Part shown: piece after piece, positions 27,561 to 42,300 of the stretch | How the letters are laid out: every line of letters begins with the position of its first letter | Numbering within the stretch: the first letter of the stretch is position 1 | Assembly: GCF_009914755.1 (NCBI RefSeq) | Contig: NC_060945.1 | Strand: one strand, 5' to 3' | Length of the DNA stretch: 64,000 nucleotides | DNA from: the human T2T-CHM13v2.0 reference genome, Homo sapiens | Translations under genes and position numbers: made by a program | Notes under the pieces: generated by a model | Seen by the model: only the letters and a program-made list of their open reading frames with translations | What the model was told of the DNA's origin: nothing | Databases searched by the model: none

Positions 27561-30500
27561 ACTGGAATGGAATGGAGTGGAAAGTAGTGGAATGGAATGG
27601 AATGCAATGAACACGAATGGAATGGAATGGAAAGGAATGGAATGGAATGGAACGGAATGCAATGGAATGGAATGGAATGGAATCAACACGAATGGAATGG
27701 AACAGAATGGAATGGAAAGGAATGGAATGGAATGGAATGGAATGGAATGGAATCATCCAGAGTAGAAGGGAATGGTATGCAATGCAATGGAATGGAATGG
27801 AACAAAAAGGAAAGGAATGGAATGGAATAGGTTGAATCCGAGAGGAATTTACTGGAGTGGAATGGATTGGAATGGAATGCAAGGGATTCAACCCAGTTGA
27901 ATGTCATGGATTGGAAAGGAGTGGAATGGAATGGAATGGAAAGGAGTGGAATGGAATGGAATGCAATCAACACGAATGGAATGGAAAGGAACGGAAAGGA
28001 ATGGAATGGAATGGAATGGAATGGAATGGAATGGAATGGAAACAACACGAATGGAATGGAACGGAACGGAATGGAATGAAATGCTATAGAATGGAATGGA
28101 GTGGAATGAAATAAACACGAATAGAATGGAACGGAATGGAACGGAATGGAATGGAATGGAATCAACAGGACGGTAATGGAATGGAATGGAATGGAATGGA
28201 ATGGAATGGAATGGAACGGAACGGAATCACCCTGAGTGTAATGGAAGGGAATTGAATGGATTGGAATCAACGGCAGTGGAATGGAAAGGAATGGAATGGA
28301 ATGGAAGGCAGTGGAATTAACTGGAATGGAAAGGAATGCAATGGAATAGAATGGAATGGAAGGCATTGGAATCACCTGGAATGGAATGGAATGGGATGGA
28401 ATGGAATGGAATAGAATCATTCCTTGTGTAATGGAATGGAATGTAATGGAGTGGAATGTAATGGAATGGTGTGGAATGGAATGGAATGGAATGGAATGGA
28501 ATCAAACCAAATGCAATGTAAAGGAATGAAATGGAACGGAATGGAATGGAATGGAATTTAATGAAATGGAATGGAATCAACCAGAAGGGAATGGTATGGA
28601 ATGGAATGGAATGGAATGGAATGGAATGGAATCAAACCAAGTGGAATGGAATGGAATGGAATGCAACGGAATCAACCGGAATGGAATGGAATGGAAAGGA
28701 ATGGAATGGAATGGTATGAAATCAACCGAGTGTAATGGAACGGAATGTAATGGAAGGGAATGGAATCAACCCGAATGGAATGGAACTGAAAGGAATGGAA
28801 TGGAATGCAATGGAATCAACCCTAGTGGAATGCAAAGGAATGGAATGGAAAGGAATGGAATGGAACGGAATGGAACGGAACGTAATGGAATGGAATGGAG
28901 TGGAATCACCACCAATGGAATGAAATGGAATGGAATGGAATGCAATGGAATGGAATCTAATGGTATCAACCCGAGTGGAAGGGAATGGAATGGAATGGAA
29001 TGGAATGGAATGGAATGGAATGGAATGGAATAGTATGGAAACTACCCTGGTGGAATGGTATTGAATGGAATGGAATGGAAAGGAACGGAATAGAATAAAA
29101 TGGAAAGGAATGGAATGGAAGCAACCAGAGTGAAATGGAATGGAATGGAATGGAATGGATTGGAATGGAATGGAATGGGATGGAATGAAATCAACCCGAG
29201 AGGAATGGAATGGAATGCAAAGAATCAATTGGAGGGGAATGCAATGTAATTTAATGGAAAGAAATGGAATGGAATCAACCCGAGTGGAGTGGAATAAAAT
29301 GGAATGGAATGGAATGTAATCAACCCGAGTGTAACGGAGTGGAATGGAATGGAATGGAATCAAACCGAGTGGAATGGAATGGAATGGAATGGAATGGAAT
29401 GGAATGGTATGGAATCAACCCGAATGGAATAGTATGGAATGGAATGGAATGGAATGGAACGGAATGGAATGGAATAAAATGGAATAGAATGGAATGGAAT
29501 CAACCCAAGTGAAATGGAATGGAAAGGAATGGAATGGAATCAACCAGAGTGGAATGGAATGGAATGGAATGGAAGGGAATGGAATCTAAAGGAATCAACC
29601 TGAATGGAATGGAATGGAATGGAAACACCAGAGTGGAAAGAAGTGGAATGGAATCCAATGGAATGGAAATAAACCAACACGAGTGGAATGGAATGGAATG
29701 GGAAGGAATGGAATGCAATGGAATGCTATGGTGTGGAATGGAGTCAAACCGAGAGGAATATAATGGAATGGATTTTAATGGAATGGAATGGAATGCAATG
29801 GAACGGAATGGAATGGAATCAACCGTGTGTAATGGAATGGAATGGAATGGAAAGGAATGGAATGGAATGCAATGGAATGGAATGGAATGGAAAGGAATGG
29901 AATGGAATGGAATGGAATCTACTCGATTGGAATGAAATGGAATCAACCCGAGTGGAATGGAATGGAATGCAATAGAATGGAATGGAACGGTATGGAATGG
30001 AACAGAATGGAATGGAGTCACCTCGAGGGGAAAGGAATGGAATGGAATGGGAAGGAAAGGAATGCAATGGAATGCAATGGTATGGAATGGAGTCAAACCG
30101 AGAGGAATGATATAGAATGGAATTGAATTGAATGGAATGGAATGGAATGGAATGGAATCAACCGTGTGGAATGAAATGGAATGGAATGGAAAGGAATGGA
30201 ATGGAATGGAATGGAATGAAATGGAATGGAATGGAATGCAATGGAATCAACTCGATTGGAATGGAATGGAATGGAATGGAACGGTATGGAATGGAACAGA
30301 ATGGAATGGAGTCACCTCGAGGGGAAAGGAATGGAATGAAAAGGAATGGAATGGAATGGGAAGGAATGGAATGCAATGGAATGCAATGGTATGGAATGGA
30401 GTCAAACAGAGAGGAATGATATGGAATGGAATTGAATTGAATGGAATGGAATGGAATGGAATGGAATGGAATCAACCGTGTGGAATGAAATGGAATGGAA

Positions 30501-33500
30501 TGGAAAGGAATGGAATGGAATGGAATGGAATGGAATGGAATGGAATGGAATGGAATGGAATGAAATGGAATGGAATGGAATGCAATGGAATCAACTCGAT
30601 TGGAATGGAATGGAATGGAATAGAACGGTATGGAATGGAACAGAATGGAATGGAGTCACCTCGAGGGGAAAGGAATGGAATGAAAAGGAATGGAATGGAA
30701 AGGGAAGGAATGGAATGTAATGGAATGCAATGGTATGCAATGGAGTCAAACCGAGAGGAATGATATGGAATGGAATGGAATGGAATGGAATGGAATGGAA
30801 TGGAATCAAAAGTGTGGAATGGAATTTAATGGAATGGAATGGAATGGAATGGAATGAAATGGAATGGAATGGAATGCAATGGAATCAACTCGATTGGAAT
30901 GGAATGGAATGGAATGGAACGGAATCAACCTGAGTGGAATGGAATGGAATGGAGTGGAATGAATGGAATGCAATGGAAAGGAAACTAATGTAATGGAATT
31001 GAAACAACCCGACTGGAATGGAATGCAGTGGAATGGAATGGAATGGAATGGAATGAAATCAATCCGGTTTCAATGGAATGGAATGGAATGGAGTGGAATA
31101 GAATGGAATGGAGTGGAATGGACTGGAATGGAATGAAATGAAATGGAATGGAATGGAACGGAATATACCCGAATGGAATGTAATGGAATGGAAAGAAATG
31201 GAATCAACAAGCGTGGAATGCAATGGATTGGAATGGAATTGAATGGAATGGAACGGAATCAACACGAGTGGAATGGAATGGAATGGAATGGAAAGGAATG
31301 GAATGGAATGGAATGAAATGGAATGGAATCAACCCTAGTGGAATGCAATGGAACGGAAAGGAATGGAATGGAATGGAATAAAATGGATAGGAATGGAATG
31401 GCATCAACCCCAGTGAAATGCAATGGAATGGAATGCAATGGAACCAACACGAGTGGAATGGAATGCAATGCAATGGAACGGAATGGATTCAATCCAAGTG
31501 GAATGGAAAGGAATGGAATGGAATGGAATGGAATGGAATGGAATGGAATGGACTCAACTGGAATGGAATGGAATGGAATGGAATGGAATGGAATGGAATG
31601 AATGGAATCAACATGAGTGGAATGGAATGGAATGTAATGGAATGGAATGGAATGAATGGAATCAACATGAGCGGAATGGAATGGAATGGATTGGAATGGA
31701 ATGAAAATAATTGAATGGAATGTAAGCAACCTGAGCGGAATGGAATGCAAAGGAATTGAAAGGAATGAAAGGAATGGAATTAACTCGAGTGGAATGGAAA
31801 GGAATGGAATGGAATGGAATGGAATGGAATGGAATGGAATGGAATGGATTGGAATGGAAAGCAATTCAACGGAATGGATGCAACCAGAATGGAATGGAAT
31901 GGAATGGAATGGAATGGAATGGAATGGAATGGAATGGAATCATCCCGAGTGGAATGGAATGGTATTGAATGCAATGGAATGGAATGGAACAGAACGGAAA
32001 GGAATGGAATGGAATAGATGGATTACGAGAGGAATTGACTGGAGTGGAATGGATTGGAATGGAATGCAAGGGATTCAACCCAGTTGAATGTCATGGATTG
32101 GAAAGCACTGGAATGGAATGGAATGGAAAGTAGTGGAATGGAATGGAATGCAATCAACACGAATGGAATGGAACGGAAAGGAATGGAATGGAATGGAATG
32201 CAATGGAATGGAATGGAAACAACACGAATGGAATGGAACGGAACGGAATGGAATGGAATGATGTGGAATGGAATGGATTGGAATGAAATAAACACGAATA
32301 GAATGGAACGGAATGGAACGGAATGGAATGGAATGGAATGGAATGGAATGGAATGGCATGAAAAGGTAAGGAACGGAATGGAATTAACCCGAGTGGAACG
32401 GAATGGAATGGAAAGGAATCAACCCGAGTGGAATGAAATGGAATGTAATGAAATGGAATGGAGCGGAATCACCCTGAGTCTAATGCAATGGAATGGAACG
32501 GAATGGAGTGGAATGGAATGGAATGGAATGGAATGGAATAGAATGGAATCATCCCGAGTGGAATGGAATGGTATGCAATGCAATGGAATGGAATGGAACA
32601 GAAAGGAAAGGAATGGAATGGAATAGGTTGAATCTGAGAGGAATTGACTGGAGTGGAATTGATTGGAATGGAATGCAAGGGATTCAACCCAGTTGAATGT
32701 CATGGATTGGAAAGGAGTGGAATGGAATGGAATGGAAAGGAGTGGAATGGAATGGAATGCAATCAAAACGAATGGAATGGAACGGAACGGAATGGAATGG
32801 AATGGAATGGAATGGAATGGAATGGAATGGAAACAAAACGAATGGAATGGAACGGAACGGAATGGAAAGGAATGCTGTGGAATGGAATGGAATGGAATGA
32901 AATAAACACGAATAGAATGGAACGGAATGGAACGGAATGGAATGGAATGGAATCAACAGGAGGGGAATGGGATGGAATGGAATGGAATGGAATGGAATGG
33001 AATGGAATGGGATGGAATGGAATGGAATGGAATGGAATGGAATGGAACGGAATCACCCTGAGTGTAATGGAAGGGAATTGAATGGATTGGAATCAACGGG
33101 AGTGGAATGGAAAGGAATGGAATGGAATGGAAGGCAATGGAATTAACTGGAATGGAAAGGAATGGAATGGAATGGAATGGAATGGAATGGAATGAACGGA
33201 ATCAACCTCAGTGGAATGGAATGCAACGGAATGGAATGGAATAGAATGCAATGGAAAAGAATTGAATGGAATGGAAACACCCCGAGTGGAATGGAATGCA
33301 ATGGAATGCAATGGAATGGAATGGAATTGAAAGTAATGGAATTCAACGGAATGGAATTAACTCGAGTGGAATGGAATGGAATGGAATGGAATGAAATGGA
33401 ATGGAATGGAAACAAATTCAACGGAATGGAATAAAACAGAATGGAATGGAATGGAATGGAATGGAATGGAATGGAATGGAATGGTATCAACCCGTGTGAA

Positions 33501-36500
33501 ATGGAATGGAATGGATTGGAATGGAATCAACCTGAGTGGAATGGAATGGAATGGAAAGGAATGGAATGGAATCAACCTGACTGGAATGGAATGGCATGTA
33601 AAGGAAAGAATGGAATTGAATCGTATGGAATGGTATGGAGTCAACCCGAGTGGAATGGAATGGAATGGAATGGAATGGAATGGAATGGAATAGAATGGAA
33701 TGGAACGGAATCAACCTGAGAGGAATGGAATGGATTGAAATGGAATGGAATGGTATGGAATCAACCCGAGTGGAACAGAATGGAATGGAATGGAATGGAA
33801 TACAATGGTATGGAATCAATCGGAGAGGAATGGAATGCAATGGAATGGAATGGAATCAACCAGACTGGAATGGAACGGAATGGAATGGAATGGAATAGAA
33901 CGGAATGGAATGGAACGTAATGGAATGGAATGGAATCAACCCGAGTGGAATGGAATGGAACGGAATGCAATGGAATGGAATGGAATGGAACGGAACGGAA
34001 TTGAAAGGAATGGAATTGATTGAAACCGAATGGAATGGAATGGAATGGATTGGAAGGGAATGCAATGGAATGGAATAAACCCGAATGGAATGGAGTGGAG
34101 TGGAATGGAATGGAGTGGAAGGGAATGGAATGGAATGGAATTGAATGGAATGGAATCTACCCGAATGGAATGGAATTGCATGGAATGGAATGGAATGGAA
34201 TGGTATGGAATCAACCCGAGTGGATTGGTATGGAATGGAAATGAATGAAACGGAATTGAATGGAATAAAATGGAATGGAATGGAATGGAATCAACACGAG
34301 TGAAATGGAATGGAATGGTATCAACCCGAGTGGAATGTAATGAAATGGAATGGAAGGAAATGGAATGGAATGGAATCAACCCGAGTGGAAAGGAGTAAAA
34401 TGGAATGGAATGCAATCAAACCGAGTGAAATGGAATGGAATGCAATGCAATGGAATAGAATGGAATGGAAGGCATTGGAATCACCTGGAATGGAATGGAA
34501 TGGGATGGAATGGAATGGAATAGAATCATTCCTTGTGTAATGGAATGGAATGTAATGGAGTGGAATGTAATAGAATGGTGTGGAATGGAATGGAATGGAA
34601 TGGAATGGAATGGAATCAAACCAAATGCAATGTAAAGGAATGAAATGGAACGGAATGGAATGGAATGAAATTTAATGAAATGGAATGGAATCAACCAGAA
34701 GGGAATGGTATGGAATGGAATGGAATGGAATGGAATGGAATGGAATGGAATGGAATCAAACCAAGTGGAATGGAATGGAATGGAATGGAATGCAACGGAA
34801 TCAACCGGAGTGGAATGGAATGGAAAGGAATGGGATGGAATGGTATGGAATCAACCGAGTGTAATGGAACGGAATGTAATGGAAGGGAATGGAATCAACC
34901 CGAATGGAATGGAACTGAAAGGAATGGAATGGAATGCAATGGAATCAACCCTAATGGAATGCAAAGGAATGGAATGGAAAGGAATGGAATGGAACGGAAT
35001 GGAACGGAACGGAATGGAATGGAATGGAGTGGAATCACCACCAATGGAATGAAATGGAATGGAATGAAATGCAATTGAATGGAATTTAATGGTATCAACC
35101 CGAGTGGAAGGGAATGGAATGGAATGGAATGGAATGGAATAGTATGGAAACTACCCTGGTGGAATGGTATTGAATGGAATGGAATGGAAAGGAACGGAAT
35201 AGAATAAAATGGAAAGGAATGGAATGGAAGCAACCAGAGTGAAATGGAATGGAATTGAATGGAACGGAACGGAATGGAATGGAATGGAATGGAATGGAAT
35301 GGAATGGAATGGGATGGAATGGAATGGGATGGAATGAAATCAACCCGAGAGGAATGGAATGGAATGCAAAGAATCAATTGGAGGGGAATGCAATGTAATT
35401 TAATGGAATGAAATGGAATGGAATCAACCCGAGTGGACTAGAATAAAATGGAATGGAATGGAATGTAATCAACCCGAGTGTAACGGAGTGGAATGGAATG
35501 GAATGGAATCAAACCGAGTGGAATGGAATGGAATGGAATGGAATGGAATGGAATGGAATGGAATGGTATGGAAACAACCCGACTGGAATAGTATGGAATG
35601 GAATGGAATGGAAAGGAATGGAATGGAATAAAATGGAATAGAATGGAATGGAATCAACCCAAGTGAAATGGAAAGGAAAGGAATGGAATGGAATCAACCA
35701 GAATGGAATGGAATGGAATGGAATGGAATGGAATGGAATGGAATGCAAGGGAATGGAATCTAAAGGAATCAACCTGAGTGGAATGGAATGGAATGGAATG
35801 GAATGGAAACACCCAAGTGGAAAGAAATGGAATCGAATCCAATGGAATGGAAATGAACCAACACGAGTGGAATGGAATGGAATGGGAAGGAATGGAATGC
35901 AATGGAATGCTATGGTGTGGAATGGAGTCAAACCAAGAGGAATATAATGGAATGGATTTTAATGGAATGGAATGGAATGCAATGGAATGGAATGGAATGG
36001 AATCAACCGTGTGGAATGGAATGGAATGGAATGGAAAGGAAAGGAATGGAATGGAATGGAATGGAATGGAAAGGAATGGAATGGAATGGAATGGAATGGA
36101 ATGGAATCTACTCGATTGGAATGGAATGGAATCAACCCGAGTGGAATGGAATGGAATGCAATGGAATGGAATGGAACGGTATGGAATGGAACAGAATGGA
36201 ATGGAGTCCCCTCGAGGGGAAAGGAGTGGAATGAAAAGGAATGGAATGGAATGGGAAGGAATGGAATGCAATGGAATGCAATGGTATGGAATGGAGTCAA
36301 ACCGAGAGGAATGATATGGAATGGAATTGAATGGAATGGAATGGAATGGAATGGAATGGAATAGAATGGAATGGAAACAACCGTGTGGAATGAAATGGAA
36401 TGGAATGGAAAAGAATGGAATGGAATGGAATGGAATGGAATGAAATGGAATGGAATGGAATGCAATGGAATCAACTCGATTGGAATGGAATGGAATGGAA

Positions 36501-37520
36501 TGGAATGGAACGGAATCAACCTGAGTGGAATGGAATGGAATGGAGTGGAATGAATGGAATGCAATGGAAAGGAAACTAATGTAATGGAATTGAAACAACC
36601 CGAGTGGAATGGAATGCAGTTTAATGGAATGGAATAGAATGGAATGGAATGGAATCAATCCGGTTTGAATGGAATGGAATGGAATGGAGTGGAATAGAAT
36701 GGAATGGAGGGGAATGGACTGGAATGGAATGAAATGAAATGGAATGGAATGGAACGGAATATACCCGAATGGAATGTAACGGAATGGAAAGAAATGGAAT
36801 CAACAAGAGTGGAATGCAATGGATTGGAATGGAATTGTATGGAATGGAACGGAATCAACACGAGTGGAATGGAATGGAATGGAATGGAAAGGAATGGAAT
36901 GGAATGGAATGGAATGGAATGAAATGGAATGGAATCAACCCTAGTGGAATGCAATGGAATGGAAAGGAATGGAATGGAATGGAATGGAATGGAATGGAAT
37001 GGAATGGAATGGAATGGAATAAAATGGATTGGAATGTAATGGCATCAACCCCAGTGAAATGGAATGGAATGGAATGCAATGGAACCAACCCGAGTGGAAT
37101 GGAATGCAATGCAATGCAACGGAATGGATTCAACCCAAGAGGAATGGAAAGGAATGGAATGGAATGGAATGGAATGGAATGGAATGCAATGGACTCAACT
37201 GGAATGGAATGGAATGGAATGGAATGGAATGGAATGAATGGAATCAACATCAGTGGAATGGAATGGAATGTAATGGAATGGAATGAATGGAATCAACGTG
37301 AGTGGAATGGAATGTAATGTAATGGAATGGAATGAAAATAATTGAATGGAATTTAAGCAACCTGAGCGGAATGGAATGCAAAGGAATTGAAAGGAATGAA
37401 ATGGAAAGCAATGGAATTCAAAGGAATGGAATTAACTCGAGAGGAATGGAAAGGAATGGAATGGAATGGAATGGAATGGATTGGACTGGAAAGAAATTCA
37501 ACGGAATGGATTCAACCAGA
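27391..37520 (+). repeat. Domain II: diverged tandem dimer P-Q (27391-~31930) / P'-R-Q' (~31940-37520)
   Basis: P landmarks GGAAAGCACTGG ~27554/~32100, GAATAGGTTGAATC ~27825/~32621, CAACAGGA ~28163/~32954. Q landmarks CATTCCTTGTG 28418/34527, ACTACCCTGG 29041/35150, GGAAACTAATG ~30980/36571, TAAGCAACCTGAGCGG ~31723/~37354. Confidence 0.8.
29741..30900 (+). repeat. Local ~310-350 bp tandem repeat (~3.5 copies)
   Basis: GAGTCAAAC at 29741, 30090, 30399, 30743; CTCGATTGG at ~29922, 30251, ~30595, ~30889; CACCTCGAGGGGAAAGG three times (~30019, ~30313, ~30657). Confidence 0.85.
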
Positions 37521-38525
37521 ATGGAATGGAATGGAATGGAATGGAATGCGATGGACTGGATTGGAATGGAATGGATTGGAATCAACTCGAGTTGAATGGA
37601 ATGGAATGGAATGGAATGGAATGGAAGGGAATGGAATGGAATGGAATGGAATCAACTGGAATGGAATGAATGGAATGGAATGGAATGGAAATGAATGGAA
37701 TGGAATGGAATCAACTAGAATGGAATGGAATGGAATGGAATGGAATGGAATGGAAAGCAATGGAATGGAATCAACCCGCATGGAATGGAATGGAATGGAA
37801 TGGTATCAAATGGAATGGAATGGAAAGGAATGGAATAGAATGGAATGGATTGGAATGGAATGGAATGGAATCAACCCGAGAGGAATGGAATGGAATGGAA
37901 CAGTGTTATCCCGAGTGGAATTAAATGGAATGGAATCAACCCGAGTGCAATGGAATGGAATGGAATGGAATGGAATGGATAGGAATGGAAAGGAATGGAA
38001 TGGAATGGAATGGAATGGAATGGAATGAACTGGAATGGAATGGAATGGAATGAAATCAAACAGAGTGGAATGGAATGGAATGGAAAAGAATGGAATCAAC
38101 TGGAATGGAATGAATTGGAATGGAATGGAATGGAATGAAATGGAATGGAATGGAATCAACCCGAGTGGAATGCAAAGGAATGGAAAGGAATGGAATGGAA
38201 TGGAATGCAATCAACCCTAGTGGAAATGAATGGAATGGCATCGAATGCAGTGGAATCAACTAGAATGGAATGGAATAGAATGGAATGGAATGGAACGGAA
38301 TCAACCTCTGTGGAATGGAATGGAATGGAATGGAATGAATGGAATGCAATGAATGGAAACTAATGGAATTGAATAGAAACAACGCCAGAGGAAGGGAATG
38401 CTTGTAATGCAATGGAATGGAATGGAATGGAATGGAATGGAATTCAACATAATGGAAGCAAACCAAGTGCAATGGAATGGAATGGAAAGCACTGAAATGT
38501 CATGGAATGGATTGGAATCAACCAG

Positions 38526-38543
38526 ATTCCATTGCAATGGAAT
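38526..38543. other. Perfect 18-bp palindrome ATTCCATTGCAATGGAAT (second copy 42124-42141)
   Basis: The sequence equals its own reverse complement and contains opposite-strand pentamer sequence (ATTCCATT) inside an otherwise one-strand array. Confidence 0.9.
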
Positions 38544-38610
38544 GGAATGGAACGGAAGGGAATGGAATGGGATGGAAAGGAATGGAATGAACTGGAATGG
38601 AATGGAATGG

Positions 38611-39370
38611 AAAGGAACGGAATATAATTGAATGGAATGGAATGGAATCAATCCAAGTGGAGTGGAATGGAATGGAACGGAAATGAATGGAATGGAATGG
38701 AACGTAATGGAATTAACTCGAGGTGAATGGAATGGAATGGGATGGAATGGAATGGAATCATCCCCAGTGAAAAGGAATGGAAAGGAATGGAATGGGATGG
38801 AATGGAATGGAATCATCCCCAGTGAAAAGGAATGGAAAGGAATGCAATGGAATGGAAAGGAATGCATTGGAATCAACTACAATTGAATGGAATGGAATGG
38901 AATGCATTGGAATCAACTGGAATGGAATGGAATGGAATGGAATGCATTGGAATCAACTGGAATAGAATGGAATGGAATGGAATGGAATGGAATGGAAAGG
39001 AACGGAATATAATTGAATGGAATGGAATGGAATCAATCCAAGTGGAGTGGAATGGAATGGAACGGAAATGAATGGAATGGAATGGAACGTAATGGAATTA
39101 ACTCGAGGTGAATGGAATGGAATGGGATGGAATGGAATGGAATCATCCCCAGTGAAAAGGAATGGAAAGGAATGGAATGGGATGGAATGGAATGGAATAA
39201 TCCCCAGTGAAAAGGAATGGAAAGGAATGCAATGGAATGGAATGGAATGCATTGGAATCAACTAGAATTGAATGGAATGGAATGGAATGCATTGGAATCA
39301 ACTGGAATGGAATGGAATGGAATGGAATGCATTGGAATCAACTGGAATAGAATGGAATGGAATGCAATGG
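38611..39370 (+). repeat. 385-bp tandem duplication nested in the 3.6 kb unit (second instance at ~42210-42960)
   Basis: AAAGGAACGGAATATAATTGAATGG at 38611 and 38996. Each copy has two ATCCCCAGTGAAAAGG 55 bp apart and three GCATTGGAATCAACT about 40 bp apart. Confidence 0.88.
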
Positions 39371-42300
39371 AATGGAATGGAATGGAATGGAATGGAATGG
39401 AATGGAACGAAATCAATCCGGGTTGAATGGAATGGAATGGAATGGAGTGGAATGGAACACAATGGAGTGGAATGGAATGGAATGGAAAAGAATGGAGTCA
39501 AACCGAATGGAATGGAATGGAATGGTATGGAATGGAATGGAATGGAATGGAATGGAATGGAATGCAACGGAATGCTATGGAATCAACCCGAGTGGAATGG
39601 AAATGAATGGAATGGAATGGATTCAACCAAGTGGAATGGAATGGAATGGAATGCAACGGAATCAACCCAAGTGGAATGGAATGGAAAGGAATGGAATGGA
39701 AAGGAATGGAATGGAATGGAATGGAAAGGAATGGAAAGGAATCAACCAAAGAGGAAAGGAATGGAATGGAATCAACCCTTGTGTAAAGGAATGGAATGGA
39801 ATTGAAAGTAATGGAATGGAATAGTATAGAATCAAACGGAGTGGAATGGTATGGAATGGAATGGAATGGAACGGAATGGACTGGAATAAAATGGAATGGA
39901 ATGGAATGGAATCAACCCCACGGAAATAGAATGGAATATAATGGAATGGAATAAACCCGAGTAGAATAGAATGGAATGGAATGGAATGGAATGGAATGGA
40001 ATGAAATGGAATGTCATGGAATGGAATGCAATGGAATGTCATGGAATGGAATGGAATGGAATGGAATTAACCAGAGTGGAATGGAACTGAATGGAATGGA
40101 ATGGAATGGGATGCAATGGAATGGAATGGAATGGAATGGAATGGAATCAACCCGAGTGTAATGGAACGGAATGGAATGGAATGGAATGGAATGGAATGGA
40201 ATGGAATGGAATGGAATGGAATGGAATGGAAAGGAATGGCATGGAATGGAATGGAATGCAATCTGCCTGAGTGGAATGGAATGTAATGGAATGCAATGGA
40301 ATGGAATGGAAAGTAATGGAACGGAAAAGAATGGATTGGAATAAAATGGAATGAACCTGAATGGAATGGAAGGAATGAACGCGAATGGAATGGAATTGAA
40401 TGGAACGGATTGGAATGGAATGGAATGGAATGGAATCAAACCAAGTGGAAAGGAATGGAATGGAATGGAGTGGAATGGAAAGGAATTGAATGGAATGGAA
40501 TAGAATGGAATGGAATGGAATGGAATCAATCGGAATGGAATGGAATGGAATGGAATGGAAAGGAATGGAATGCTATGGAATCAACCCGAGTGTAATGTAA
40601 ATGAATGGAATGGAATGGAATGGAATTGAAAGGAATGGAATGGAATGGAATAGAATGGAATCAACCAGAATGGGATGGAAAGGAATGGAATGGAATGGAA
40701 TGGAATGCTATGGAATCAACCCGAGTGTAATGGAAATGAAAGGAATGGAATGGAATGGAAAGGAATGGAATGGAATGGAATCAACCCAAGTGCAATGGAA
40801 TGGAATAGAATGCAAAGGAATCAACCCGAGTGGAATAGAATAGAAAGGCATGCAATGGAATGGAATGGAAAGCAACAGAATGGAATCAACCCGACTGCAA
40901 TGGAATGGAATGGAAAGGAATGAAGGGAATGGAATGGAATTGAAAGGTATGGAATCAACCCGAATGGAATGGAATGGAATGGAATGGATTGGAGTGGAAT
41001 GGAGTGGAATGGAAAGCAATGCAATGGAATGGAATGGATTAGAATGGAATGGAAAGGAATGGAATTGAATGGCATGGAATGAACCCGAATTCAATGGAAT
41101 GGAATGGAATGGAATGGAATGGAATGGAATGGAATAGAATCAAATCGAGTGGAATGGAATGTAATGGAATTGGGTGGAATGGAATGGAATTGAATGGAAT
41201 GGAATGGAATGGAATGGAATGGAAGGGAATGGAATGGAATGGAATGTAATCAACTGGAATGGAATGAATGGAATGGAATGGAATGGAAATGAATGGAATG
41301 GAATGGAATCAACTAGAATGGAATGGAATGGAATGGAATGGAATGGAAAGCAATGGAATGGAATCAACCCGCATGGAATGGAATGGAATGGAATGGTATC
41401 AAATGGAATGGAATGGAATGGAATGGAATAGAATGGAATGGATTGGAATGGAATGGAATGGAATCAACCCGAGAGGAATGGAATGGAATGGAACAGTGTT
41501 ATCCCGAGTGGAATTAAATGGAATGGAATCAACCCGAGTGCAATGGAATGGAATGGAATGGAATGGAATGGATAGGAATGGAAAGGAATGGAATGGAATG
41601 GAATGGAATGGAATGGAATGGAATGGAATGAACTGGAATGGAATGGAATGGAATGAAATCAAACAGAGTGGAATGGAATGGAATGGAAAAGAATGGAATC
41701 AACTGGAATGGAATGAATTGGAATGGAATGGAATGGAATGAAATGGAATGGAATGGAATCAACCCGAGTGGAATGCAAAGGAATGGAAAGGAATGGAATG
41801 GAATGGAATGCAATCAACCCTAGTGGAAAGGAATGGAATGGCATCGAATGCAGTGGAATCAACTAGAATGGAATGGAATAGAATGGAATGGAATGGAACG
41901 GAATCAACCTCTGTGGAATGGAATGGAATGGAATGGAATGAATGGAATGCAATGAATGGAAACTAATGGAATTGAATAGAAACAACGCCAGAGGAAGGGA
42001 ATGCTTATAATGCAATGGAATGGAATGGAATGGAATGGAATTCAACATAATGGAAACAAACCAAGTGCAATGGAATGGAATGGAAAGCACTGAAATGTAA
42101 TGGAATGGATTGGAATCAACCAGATTCCATTGCAATGGAATGGAATGGAACGGAAGGGAATGGAATGGGATGGAAAGGAATGGAATGAACTGGAATGGAA
42201 TGGAATGGAAAGGAACGGAATATAATTGAATGGAATGGAATGGAATCAATCCAAGTGGAGTGGAATGGAATGGAACGGAAATGAATGGAATGGAATGGAA

